Below are positions 25,762-37,400 of a stretch of DNA of 64,000 nt, one piece after another. The position numbers and the translations under genes were made by a program. How positions within the stretch are numbered: the first letter of the stretch is position 1; every line of letters begins with the position of its first letter. This DNA is from Trichoplax sp. H2 (lineage: Eukaryota): the NCBI GenBank assembly GCA_003344405.1, contig NOWV01000003.1, positions 1,240,001-1,304,000 of the forward strand. Reading direction: 5' to 3'. The notes beneath the pieces were generated by a model that worked only from the letters and a program-made list of their open reading frames with translations, was not told the DNA's origin and made no database searches.

Positions 25762-27438
25762 ATGGCTGCCATAATGAATAAGATAACAAATTTTATTCAC
25801 AGTTACTATATTTTATCACCTGATCAAGAATTAGACTTGCTACGAAATTTAGCTATTGGTATGTTCGGCCTTGGTGCTTGCACCTTACCTAGCCTAATGT
25901 TTCTGACAGCACCGTATGGAAGATATACTCGTGATGGCTTTGGATACACCATTAATGGCAAGCTAATGTGGTTTATACAGGAAATGCCTTCTCTTTTGAT
26001 ACCGATTATCATGCTATTTGAGGACGATGCCGACCAAATACATAACTTACCAAATCGCATCCTGCTAGGACAATTTTTACTTCATTATACTCAAAGGTTT
26101 GTAGTTTGTATCTGTAAAGGACGTACAAATATTACTATATGTATTTCACAGCATTTCTAAATGATTTACAATTACGCATTTTTATCTCTATACTGTACTT
26201 ACGTACTGTATAACAGAACATTAATTTTCCCTTTCCTGTTACGTGGAGGCAAGCCGACTCCGGCAATGGTTGGGCTTATGGCTACCTGCTTTTGCATTTA
26301 TAATGGTTATTTGCAAGGAAGATACTTAACAGCGTTTGCATTATACGATAGATCATGGCTAGCTGACCCAAGATTTATCATTGGTAGTTGTCTCTTTATT
26401 GCCGGTTTCTGTATTAATATTCACTCCGATCATATTTTGAGAAATTTAAGGAAACCGGGAGAAACGGGATATAAGATACCTAGAGGCAAGAAATGCTCAA
26501 CCTAATACTTGCATATTAACCGTAGCTCTTTCTATTATTGCATTTTTGAATGAATCTATAGGGCATTGTCAACTATTCGTCTAAGCTTCTTCTCCCGATC
26601 TCAGTACAGTACTGAATATGAAAGATTTATATATTCTTACAATAATATGTGTTATAAAAATAATATTTCGACTAAGAGAGACCTCATGCCCAATTCGTAT
26701 CTAGTGATTGCTATGCAGTATTTTTGTATGTATATGTTATACACTGAGATCAATATCTTTCTTATACCTACGTTATCTTTTGTGGGACTTAGGTGGCATG
26801 TTTGAATATGTATCAGGCGCCAATTTTTTTGGTGAAATGCTGGAATGGTTTGGTTTTTCCGTTGCCTGTTGGTCTTTACCAGCAGCTGCATTTGCGTTTT
26901 TCGCTGCCTCCAACATTGGACCTCGAGCTTACCATCATCACAGGTAACGCAATATATTAATCGTTGCTGTTGTTGGTAGCGATTATGCGATACCTCTACA
27001 ATGCCATTTGTAATAGTATCATGTAAAGAGCTTACGTTTTAGTGGCTATTTTTAGATCGTAATACCAATATAGATTATTATTTCCTTAATTTATAATATA
27101 ATTTATTTAGCTTACCATCGTTACTAGTGGCGATTATACGATATCTCTATACTGTACTGCCTAGAGGCCCTTAAGGGTCTCTAGTTAAGGGTCTCTAGTA
27201 CTGCCATTTATATTTATACAATGTAAAGAATTTATACCTTAGTCGCTATTTTTTACACCATTACAGATCATATTGTCTCCTTAACGTATTTTAGCATATT
27301 AGCAGACTTAAAGATTTTGAAACAAGTATCATTCCGTATTTATATTGAAGGATCTTTTTTTCATGATTCAGGTATTATCAAAAGAAATTTGACGATTACC
27401 CAAAAGAACGTAAAGCGATCATTCCCTTCATCTTTTAA
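25762..27438 (+). CDS. SRD5A1: 3-oxo-5-alpha-steroid 4-dehydrogenase (steroid 5-alpha-reductase, SRD5A1/2 family), about 273 aa. Exons 25762-26096, 26217-26485, 26793-26943, 27372-27438
   Basis: Motifs APYGRY, WFIQEMPS, HYTQRTLIFPFL, NGYLQ, NIHSDHILRNLRKPGETGYKIPRGGMFEYVSGANFFGEMLEW, PRAYHHHRYYQKKFDDYPKERKAIIPFIF*. Intron 2 needs a GC donor (AG|gcaag at 26486). The chain is in frame (822 nt). Confidence 0.93.
27162..27197. mobile_element. 36-bp hAT-like miniature element with 8-bp TSD (GTACTGCC)
   Basis: gtactgcc|TAGAGGCCCttaagggtctctagttaaGGGTCTCTA|gtactgcc: inverted termini and a perfect 8-bp direct repeat at 27154-27161 and 27198-27205. Confidence 0.65.
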
Positions 27439-28080
27439 TGCAGCATGGACTCTAGTTAAACATCCTGAAAGTAGATGTCGCTGTGGTACTGCGGTTGCGG
27501 TTATGCCAGAATTTTACGTACAGTATACAACATCTGCGAATTAAAGTTTAAGGATCTAATCATCTGGAAAGTTCGAATTTAACAAATTTAAGATATTATC
27601 CTTTAACTTAATTGATTCCGTTGAGTGCTCTAAATTCCATATCACATATGTTAAAATACCATAACTGCACCGTTTGCTACAATATTCTTAGTATAAGACG
27701 CTATCGTATAATGAAATATTATTGATACTATATTAATCAAACTACTGTCACAAAATATTAATACCTTAGCTATTCAATATCTTTCTTAATTTTTCGCTTA
27801 AATTTATGTAAATGTTTGCAATATCACTTGTACAATAAATCACAACAAAGACGAAATGAAATACACCATACATTTTATTAATTTAGTAGTAACCTTTAGG
27901 TAATATGAAATGATAAGTTTACGAAAAGTGAATAAACTCTATCATTAGTTAAAAAATAATTTAAAAATTAAAATTTTATCATACTACTTCTTACAACTCT
28001 TACTTTACCTCCACTTAGATGAAAAGTGTTCGTTCTAATATATTAAGGTATAGTTCACATAATCAAATTTGAAGGTAGAA

Positions 28081-30264
28081 TTATAAACGATTCAATTTAG
28101 AAACAATTAAAACACGTATAGTCTGATCAAAAGATGTACATATTGATAAGCCCTCTTTATCAGAGCTCCAATCAAGAGAATTTATTGGTTGTGTTGAAAT
28201 AGTGACATTTTGTTGAAGATTAACGGAGCCAATGTTTCCCATTTCTATGCCATTATTATCTTTAACGCAGCGTTGAGATGGATATGAACTAAAACCGAAG
28301 TTCAAGGGACATCGTTAGAAATCATTTGCGATGTTAAAATGGATTACTATTTATAGATTATTAAAGTTAGTTGCGCTCATTTTTCCAGAGCTACTAGTAA
28401 TATTGTATACTGTTCCGTGACTGTTACACTATAGTTATAAATAACGCGGATTATACAATTACTGTAGGGTTGTCATACGTAAGTACATACTATTTCCATA
28501 GGAATAGCGATCCACTTCCACCACCAGTTATAAAGATATCCCTATTTTGAGGTAAGTGTTTACCAAACCAAACAGTAGATTTATGCGCCTAATAATATAC
28601 GCATAGATATATTAGTTAGTAATAAAACATCCGTAGGAAGCATTACTTATTTAGTGAGGGTAATGAATTGCAGGACGTGCAGTAAATATAGAGTAAAATT
28701 TGTTATAAGGAATAACTGTATGTCGTATACAAAAATCCCATTTTCCACGCTTTAAACGTGCTGTAAGTAATAGCTACAGATATCATACTTTTTCTGATAA
28801 TCCAGCAAATCCTTTTTCTGGATGTTGAGTTCGTAAATCAAATACATGAAATTTAGATTCCAAAGTACAGGCAAGGAGCTTATTCATCATGATGTCTTTT
28901 CGATCAAACTCTATGTTACATATCTAGACAAGCATATTATATTCGCTAACATCAAGTCTTTGAATCGGTTAAGGAATAATAAAAAGGGCTTCAATTACAT
29001 ATAGTAGATATATTCAGTACGAATAGGTGCCATGTACTACCCAAACTTACCCCATTTTTTAGATTGTCTTCCCATCGAACAGACATGGTTCTTAAATCAA
29101 ATAGTTTAATATCTCCATTATCGTAACCAGCACAGACACACCTTTCTGATTCAGTGTATGCATTTCCGAAAGCTACTGTCCAACAATCTCTGTGATCTTC
29201 ACCTTCAGCTGGACTCATTGCCGCTACTGGCTTATCATGTTGACGAGTATCCCATACTTTAACACTCCCTAATATAAAAAAGCAAGAAGACGATTAAGAA
29301 GTTTACCTAAAGATAATTCTAATCTGAACAATTTTTATTCATACCATCGCGGCTGCCTGTCACAATTTCTGGAGCACCTTCCCCAATTCCCAGTCCTGCA
29401 CAGCCGTCGATACTGTTAATAATCTCCTTGTGCCCTTTCACGGAATATACTGGTGTATGCCAATTTTCTAGATCCCTAAGCAAGTCATTAGTGGAACTTA
29501 AATAACTTTGTACAATTTCGGAAAGTGTTCGCAAGTGGCTCAATTTCAAATTTTATGCCGTTACAATATTTTCTTGAGAAATCTAAGCACCTAAATGACA
29601 TACCATGTCTTTAGGTTTCCATTGAAGTCGCCTGTTGCTAGATGACGACTGCGCAAATTGGAAGCAGCAAACGTACCGCATTTGATTGAGGCATCTTTAT
29701 TCGTCTAGCGGTTAAAATTGTTAGTGGAACAACATTATTACGCTTGGGAATTTCACTGGCTTATTAGTGTTAAACAAGCATTAGTAATCTGTAAAAATAT
29801 TGATACACAAGCGTACACTAGACCGTGTTTTATTGTTGCTACTATATATTTTAATGTTTACCTTACTCGCATTTATATTTACTCGAAAAGCTATCACTAC
29901 CATAAAGTTAATTCGTAGTAACGTACAATAAAGCGGTAGCGTCGCTGGGCATTCGTAAATACCGACACCGGATATAATTACAGTATCAGTAAGCTTTAAG
30001 TTTGCGATGATCAAGTATGTAGATAAACAATAAATCTACGTATATAGGCGCATATAATATATATTTTAGCATCAATGACTATTCGATTACCTCTTTCAAG
30101 AGAACTAGATCACCTTTACTAATTTCGTAGATTTGCAAGGTACCATTTCCATTAGGTCTCGAGCCCATCACCACGAAACGAGCACTGGAAGGTATCCATT
30201 TTGCATCAAATAAAGTGTAATCCAGCCCCTTCTGCATATGGACAATAATCTGTGGTTTATCCAT
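28081..30264 (-). CDS. WDR92: WD repeat protein 92 (dynein axonemal assembly factor 10 / Monad), about 354 aa. Exons 30264-30091, 29704-29604, 29475-29345, 29268-29051, 28923-28789, 28588-28491, 28288-28081
   Basis: [153 protein letters not shown]. All introns are GT-AG and in phase (1065 nt). Confidence 0.93.
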
Positions 30265-30946
30265 GGCTTACTAGTAGCACAGTCGGAGGTGACTCCGTAG
30301 TCCAGGAATTAAATAAACTGCTTTACTTGCTGTAGGCCTAACTTGTAGTCTTGTACCGTGTCTAGATTTTTAACGTCTTAATCGCAGTACAGTATGATTT
30401 TCAAACCAGTTGTAAATTATAACTTGCACGCTTCATAAATGTACAGTATACAGTAACTGAACAGTACAGTACAGTAATGACGAACCCTCAACTCAAGCTC
30501 TTTTTACCTCCATGGTAACGTTACAGCTAGAGGCCCTAGACTAGAGTCTCTAGTTACAGCCATACAAATGAAGTTCTGTACAGTACAGTACTTTTTTGGA
30601 TGTGTACAGTACAGTACACTGTCCTGTATTCACTGTACAGTACAGTAAATAGTACTGTACTATAATATTGTACTGTACAGTACAGTACTGTACTGTACTG
30701 TAGATCAGCGCAGCACGCTAAAGGCTGCAGTCTGCAGTCTGCAGATCAGTATGAAAGCATGTAGCTGCACTTGCAACTAATTTATAACATATTATTTTAT
30801 TTTATTTTGTTCGAAGATAGATAGTACACAATATCATAAATTTTATAGTATACCACTACTGTACTTCATTGCACTACTTACAGTAGCTTACTAGTTCATT
30901 AATTAATCATATTAAACTAATTGAAGGCATTGCAGGCAAGAGAACA
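30265..30946. promoter_or_regulatory. Putative bidirectional promoter between WDR92 and the mL59/mL64 gene, containing CAGTA/TACTG tracts (about 30440-30480 and 30575-30702)
   Basis: The two ATGs diverge 682 bp apart. The interval holds pentamer tracts, a short CTGCAGT tandem (30725-30744) and an AGCGCAGCAC motif. Confidence 0.6.
30528..30552. mobile_element. 25-bp hAT-like miniature element with 8-bp TSD (GTTACAGC)
   Basis: gttacagc|TAGAGGCCCtagactagaGTCTCTA|gttacagc; TSD at 30520-30527 and 30553-30560; same termini as the copy at 27162-27197. Confidence 0.65.
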
Positions 30947-31767
30947 ATGTACGGTATATTTGCAAGTTTTCGGCGAGGATCGCAGTTGGAGAATATTACT
31001 CTTCATGCAAGAGATCTTTCATCCAAAATATCTCCATCTATTGCTAGAATTCTGAAAGATGCCAAAAGAACTAATAATGGCAGAAAGCATCCAAAGATTA
31101 GCACTCTTCAGTTAGCTAGAACAAAGAGAAAATTTATACAACAAGGTAAGGAATGGCCTCAAGAACCCTTGCCTCCACTTAATTTAAAGCCTTATCGCAA
31201 AGGTCACAAATGGGAGGAAGCTAAAGCTGCAAGGTAAGAGTGTGTACTGTATTTCGAGGTTGTTACCGTTTCTTATTCTCCAAATTCTGTGCAGTACGAT
31301 TGGTATATCGCTATAAGTACTGCAGAACAAACTTCTACTAAAATTAAACTCTCAAGAGCAGCGAATTCTTAGTCACAATATAATTTACATGCGCATATTG
31401 TACAGTAATTATTTAAACTACTAATACTGTAGGTGAGTAAGCTCGGAGAAATTCTACCTTCAGTACCTTTTAGATAAGGAAGTTCTTTGCGAACTGTCAC
31501 TGCGACTTTGCAACACTAATCGACACCTTTGTTATGTCTTCTATCAGAAAAGTGACTATAGCTGAAAACATGGCTAAAATGCCTCAAATGATTGCAGAAT
31601 ACCGCGAACAGGTCAGGGAGAGGAGAGAAAAATATAGAAAGAGAAAAGATGCTGCTAAGAAAGATCCGAATCAACCCGAATATGTTCAATATTTGCTAGC
31701 AAAGGGTGTCAGATTAGCAGATATCGCTGTTAAACTTGGTACCCAAAATAAAAAAGCTAAGATTTAA
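30947..31767 (+). CDS. GADD45GIP1: Mitochondrial large-subunit ribosomal protein of the mL59/mL64 (MRPL25/CRIF1) family, about 168 aa. Exons 30947-31233, 31548-31767
   Basis: The N-terminus is basic and presequence-like. The spliced core is HPKISTLQLARTKRKFIQQGKEWPQEP...RKGHKWEEAKAARKVTIAENMAKMPQMIAEYREQ. IAENMAKMPQMI resembles CRIF1 (IAECMAKMPQMI), and KGHK resembles fungal/plant mL59. The GT-AG intron is in phase. Confidence 0.72.
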
Positions 31768-32999
31768 TGTTGAAATTAGGCGTTACAGTAAAATAAGTTT
31801 TATTGGTTACAACTGAAACATCTCTACTGGTCTTACAAACAGAATTTTTACAACGTTATAACAACAATTATAGGATCAAAGATTGTCAATCTAATATTAT
31901 TTTACAATGTAGAAGAACTAATGTTTCTGACTTTGACAGTGTTATAGATGTTCTAGGTAACACCCGTTTTTACTTACTGATCTGCACTGCTTAATACGCA
32001 GAAGCTACTGTGTTATCTATCCGCGGCTACAACTGATTTACCATTCGTTCGTACTGCTGGTCTGCATGTAATACTACAAGTACTCGTAATTACTGATAAT
32101 AATATTACAAATTTTGATACTAATACGAGATATCATGATTTTAGGTTAGTATTTTATAACTTGAACTCAGATTGCGCCCTGTATCTACTTCTAAACACAG
32201 TACAGTACGTCACAGTAATACTGTCGTATACCTTATCTATCTCAGCAGTGTGCTGCTGACATGATGTTTTGATACATAACTGTGATCTACTGTCAGCTTG
32301 AACAAGGAAGTTAGCAAAATTAATCTGATTTATTTTAGGATTACCTCTTCGCATTATATAGTATATATATATTCGCGTGCTCAATCCTTCACGGTATTAC
32401 GTCGAAACTGTAAGCTAATAACGTGATATGACTGCATCGTGGAGATTGCACTGAAAATGGTTAATAAATTATATTCACAATCAAGACTAATGTTACCTGG
32501 TAAGCGACAACATTCATGAATTCCTCCTCATTTAAGTAGTAAATAGGCGTATTCATTGATTCAATACGCAAACTTTACTCCACATACAGTATATCAAATC
32601 ATTATGTTACATTGGGATTGCATCCCACATAGTAGGAATACAATTTACGAATAAGTTTTATTGAAACAAATAGATTAAGCAACTAATACTGATCTATGGT
32701 TGCATGATTCGCTGTTAGTTTACTATTAACTGAATTTTAAAATTTGACTCCAATATTGGCACTTTTAGTGCTTCGATACGGTATATGAGTAATATGATTA
32801 ATATGAGATGATTTATTGAGTTTCTTTTAGGGAGGGTAAATAAGTTCAGTACAGTACTCAGATGACTCACCTAGGCTTCTATAATTTGACAAGCATTCGA
32901 TGCAGATTAGGCAAAATGAATGATTGATTTCATAGTAAAATTATATAAATACGTAAAGGTATAGACTGTAATGCTGTATGCTCAGTTAGGGAAATTGTG

Positions 33000-34150
33000 A
33001 GTCAGTGATATAAACATACAGTATACTGTTATACTGTACAATTGCCGTCAAGTAAATGCACAGTACTGTACAGTACAAGCACACCTACTGTAGACTGTAG
33101 AGTGGATAACAGCAACCACATGCTTAACATCAACATTAAGGTTAGCTTAATGTACTGTACGTATTAAAGGGAGTACCGTACTGCTGTGATGAGTACTAAT
33201 AATTTAATGCATGCTGCATTTCTGAAAAAAGTCAGATACTGTGACAACACACAACAATATTTTGAAAAAATGTTTACCAGCTCCAAAACTGGTACCGAAC
33301 TGTAGTAAAAATAAAAATTTTGGCCATTGAAAGATACAACATCCTAGTTATACCGTATACATTACTCAGTTTTGAAGAAAGCTAATACAGTATTGTACAA
33401 TGTACGGTACAGCCAACGCAGATTGTGCTGCGTACAGTACAGTATATCACTTTTAGAAACAAAAGTGAGGGTACGGTAGACCGGATAGTACGGTAATACT
33501 GTAGACCAGTGGTTCTTAACCCTTACCGATGCGTCACCCACCACAGCAATAGTCATAAAAGCGTAATGTAGTAACTACATTATATACTATCACTAGTGTA
33601 ATACCTGTACGATATCAGATATACTCGTATAATTCGCAGGTTGATATGGCATATAGCTTATGACTCAGTCTAACTTCGCTATCAAGTTATCCGTTTGATA
33701 TGCTGTACATACTGTATAGTGTACAGTGCAGTACTGTAAAATACGGTACTGTACTGTATAAAATTTATTTATTATACAGTACTGTACATGTACAGTACAG
33801 TACTACATCTCAAAGCATTTTAGGTCCACAATTTAATGTTTGCATCAGAGTCTGTATGCCTTCCATTCTCCATTCTGGTACGCATGTCCCCTCTGCAAGA
33901 AGACTGGTAGTTGCGTAATACGCACTGATAGTACATGCCGACATGGTACTGTACAGTACGCTGTACAGTACAATACACTGTAAAGATACTGTACAGTACT
34001 GTACAGTACAGTACAATACTGTAGTGTCCAGTGTGTAGTACTGTACTGTACTGTACTACAGTACTCGAACAAGTTGAGCTCTGCAGACTCCTAACTTCTG
34101 CAGTAAAAACTGTAATAAAATACAGTAGTTATAGTGTACAGTATACAGTA
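33000..34150. repeat. Clusters of degenerate (CAGTA)n/(TACTG)n pentamers upstream of CDIN1
   Basis: Dense at about 33015-33100, 33385-33505, 33700-33810 and 33945-34150 (e.g. gtactgtacagtactgtacagtacagtaca). Confidence 0.8.
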
Positions 34151-34492
34151 TTGATTTGATTCACAGTAATTTGACGATCTTGAAGTTGCACGAAAATAAT
34201 AATAGTATCGGATAATAGCTTAGTCCGATCTAATGAAATGGATTAAAATGTTAAATAATTAATACACTAGCATTGACAGCCTGTAAATACTCAATCTACA
34301 TTAGAATTCAACTAAGAGCAGTTTTATTTACATTTTATCGTGGATTCATTAACTGTAGAGTGTACAGTATATGTAAGTGCATATTACACCATTGTTATTA
34401 TTATTAATTACCGTACATTAGGATATGCAGTTAAGTGAATTTCATTGCCAATAGTATTTCATTATCGGGCTGCTTTCACTTATTTGTAAAAC

Positions 34493-37400
34493 ATGGCTTT
34501 ACCTCTGGCCAAGTACAAGCGTATTATAAGTGTTATCAAAAATTCAACATCACGCGAATGTCTGACAGACATTTTAAAGCTGTACCCTGGGTAAGTACAT
34601 TGCTAAATTTAAAGTTTCTAACCAAGTACAAATTGTTCCAGTATGATCATAACAATTGCCATGTAATAGGTGCTAAAAGGAGTTACTGCATTTGGTTTAC
34701 TGTATTATTTACATTTACATTGCCATCGTAAGAAATTTATCAATTCTAGATTAAGATTAGACTAATATTATGTAATCATACTGTACAATGCACTGTGCAG
34801 AATGCATATATTAATGTGATATGTAGCTATTTATTAAGTTTAATAACGATATAATTAACGACTGCATAAAAGCTTGCAATACTTGACACAAAGGTTTAAC
34901 TACAGCACATACAATATAATACCATGTTTGTAATATAGCAATTAAGAAATAACTGATGTTAACACAGAACTACTATATTCTTTCTTTCTATTTAAATGTT
35001 CGTTCTAATAATTAACATACTTACGTATACTGTAGTTTGATGTAGTATCCCTGTACTAGTACCGTACAGTACAATGTGTTAATAAATAAATGGCTTAAAA
35101 TTAAATTTAAATTTTAAGATCTAAATTTAAGGTTGAATAGATTTTATTCACTGACATAAGTCTTAACATTATGATTTCGAATCATCTGAATTGTGCTTTA
35201 TTTTTTAACAGAGTAACATACAACACTTTGGTTAGTATTTACTCGCAAGAATACCAGGTAATCTAATGTACAATAGCTAATGTCCATTTTGCAAGAGATA
35301 CTTTGATTACAAAATTTTTATCTAATACAATTTCTAAACAATGTAAAATCTGAGACTATACGCATTTAGAAAATAATTTATTTGCGTAACATTACGTCAT
35401 TGCTTTTATTAGCCAACTTTGTAAACTCAGCATATTATCAGTGTGCACTACTTCAGATACAAAATGCTAGCTAAATACCGTACATAAACATTCCTTTTGA
35501 TTCATAAGTGACCTATTGGTATAATGCATATGATTTTTAAAGTTTATAGTTTAAACTTCGTAGACATACAGTACGAGTGTAATGTGTAATTGTCAAAGTT
35601 AAAGCACAATTACTTTATGTAAATTACGGCATAAGCACCCTATTCACAAAGGAAGTGGTGCTATACATACGATTATTACTCAAAGTATTTTATCTATCTA
35701 TTTTCGCACTACACGTACAAAGTATTTAAGAAAATTTGTGATAGCAAAATAGCCACATCTAAATATAGCACGTAATACTGCACATTGCTTCTACTACTTC
35801 AGCAGCATTTTATTTTGTTACTTTGCTGAGCAAATGAGCATCATATATTATGTCGTTCATGCTAATTAAGTATTTACGGTAGTGAATATGACCTGGCTTT
35901 GCTATATTTTTTGTAATGTAAGGGTCAACAGTTGACTATAGTACAATATATGGTATACAGTGGATAATAGTTATCTAATTTACACTGGGAAAAATTCGTG
36001 TACAACTTTATCCAATATATTGTGTATACTACATACCTGTTCTTACTATGTCATCAAATATTGAGATATTTCGTTGTTACATCGGATATGTATAATTTGA
36101 GAGTATAATAATAATTATGTAGCATAACATAGAGAATGGCCAGTGTACTAGATTGATGTAAATATTCAAATTTAAAAATATAGTTAGCATTTATCAGTGG
36201 TTATTATTGTATATGTATATTTAATATTTAATTAGCACTGCAAAAACAGTAATCTACTTTTAATTATGAAAATTTTCTGCAAATCCCCTGGTATACCCTT
36301 GATAGAAGAAAATTAAGAAAGAATTTCATCGCCATCATTCTCCGGACATGATGGAACGTTATTACCAGCGGTTTGTAAATTATATAGATGATGCAAATAA
36401 TTAAGTTGAATTCACTATTTATCAGTATACTCGTACTAATCATCCCTTTTATTTAGCATTTAATAGTAAATTATTTAATGTCTTTTATCGAAACATTAAT
36501 ATGACATATATCAAGCTTGTTAATTACCCCTTGTCTTTCGCAGGTATTTAACGCTAAGTAATCAAGATTTCCAAGAATCAATCTTACAACTTATAGCTAA
36601 TGAGGTTATTTCTTGATAAATTTATGACAACAAACGATTTAATTAAAAATTTACAAGGTATTTTGTCTGTGCATATTGTAGGTAGATCTATCAGCTTTCC
36701 TCTTAGCTCGCATTGTAGTAGAAAGGCATTTGGCACATTTACATCATAATGGAAATAGTCGTAAGTTTATGACACAAAAAGGTACTATTCTAATAGCTAT
36801 TAATCGATTAAAAACAAATGTTTTGTGATGGTAAAGCACCACGAACTACCATCAGCAATGCTATGAAGGACATTACGTTACTGCAAAATGACAGACTCGC
36901 AAGGGAAGTTGAGCAGGTACGTTTCCATAAATCGAATTCAATCATATCTCCACCGCTGGTTTCGTAAATTTTTAGGTAATAAGATCATACTTAAAAAATC
37001 TTTGTAATGAATTAGTGTATACTGAACGATGCAAATTACGGGCCTCTAATTGAGAATGTGAAGCAGTATCCTACTTCTAAGCCTTCATTTAAAAATATAT
37101 TATCTACGTTACGCCGTTATTTCAATCTTTAAAACCTTACTAATAGTTCTACTGGTCTTGAATATGAATATATTCTACGAGAAAAGCTAAATAACTTGAC
37201 GTTGGCCTTTCTTGGTACTGAAGTGTATACATAGCAGTAAAACTACGATAGCTAAATTGGGAAATTATATTTTCACCAAATAACGAGTTTAGTGATATTC
37301 AAACTGGCAAATCGAAATTTAGTAAATATATTCTTATAGTTTTTATGAAATCATTCTTCAGATGAAAATGATATGAGATTACAAGGATATGATAAGACAC

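Noticed and set aside
31140..31151. Consensus-like donor caag|gtaagg inside exon 1 of the mL59 gene
   Set aside because: Using it would remove the conserved EWP/KGHK block and be out of phase with exon 2.
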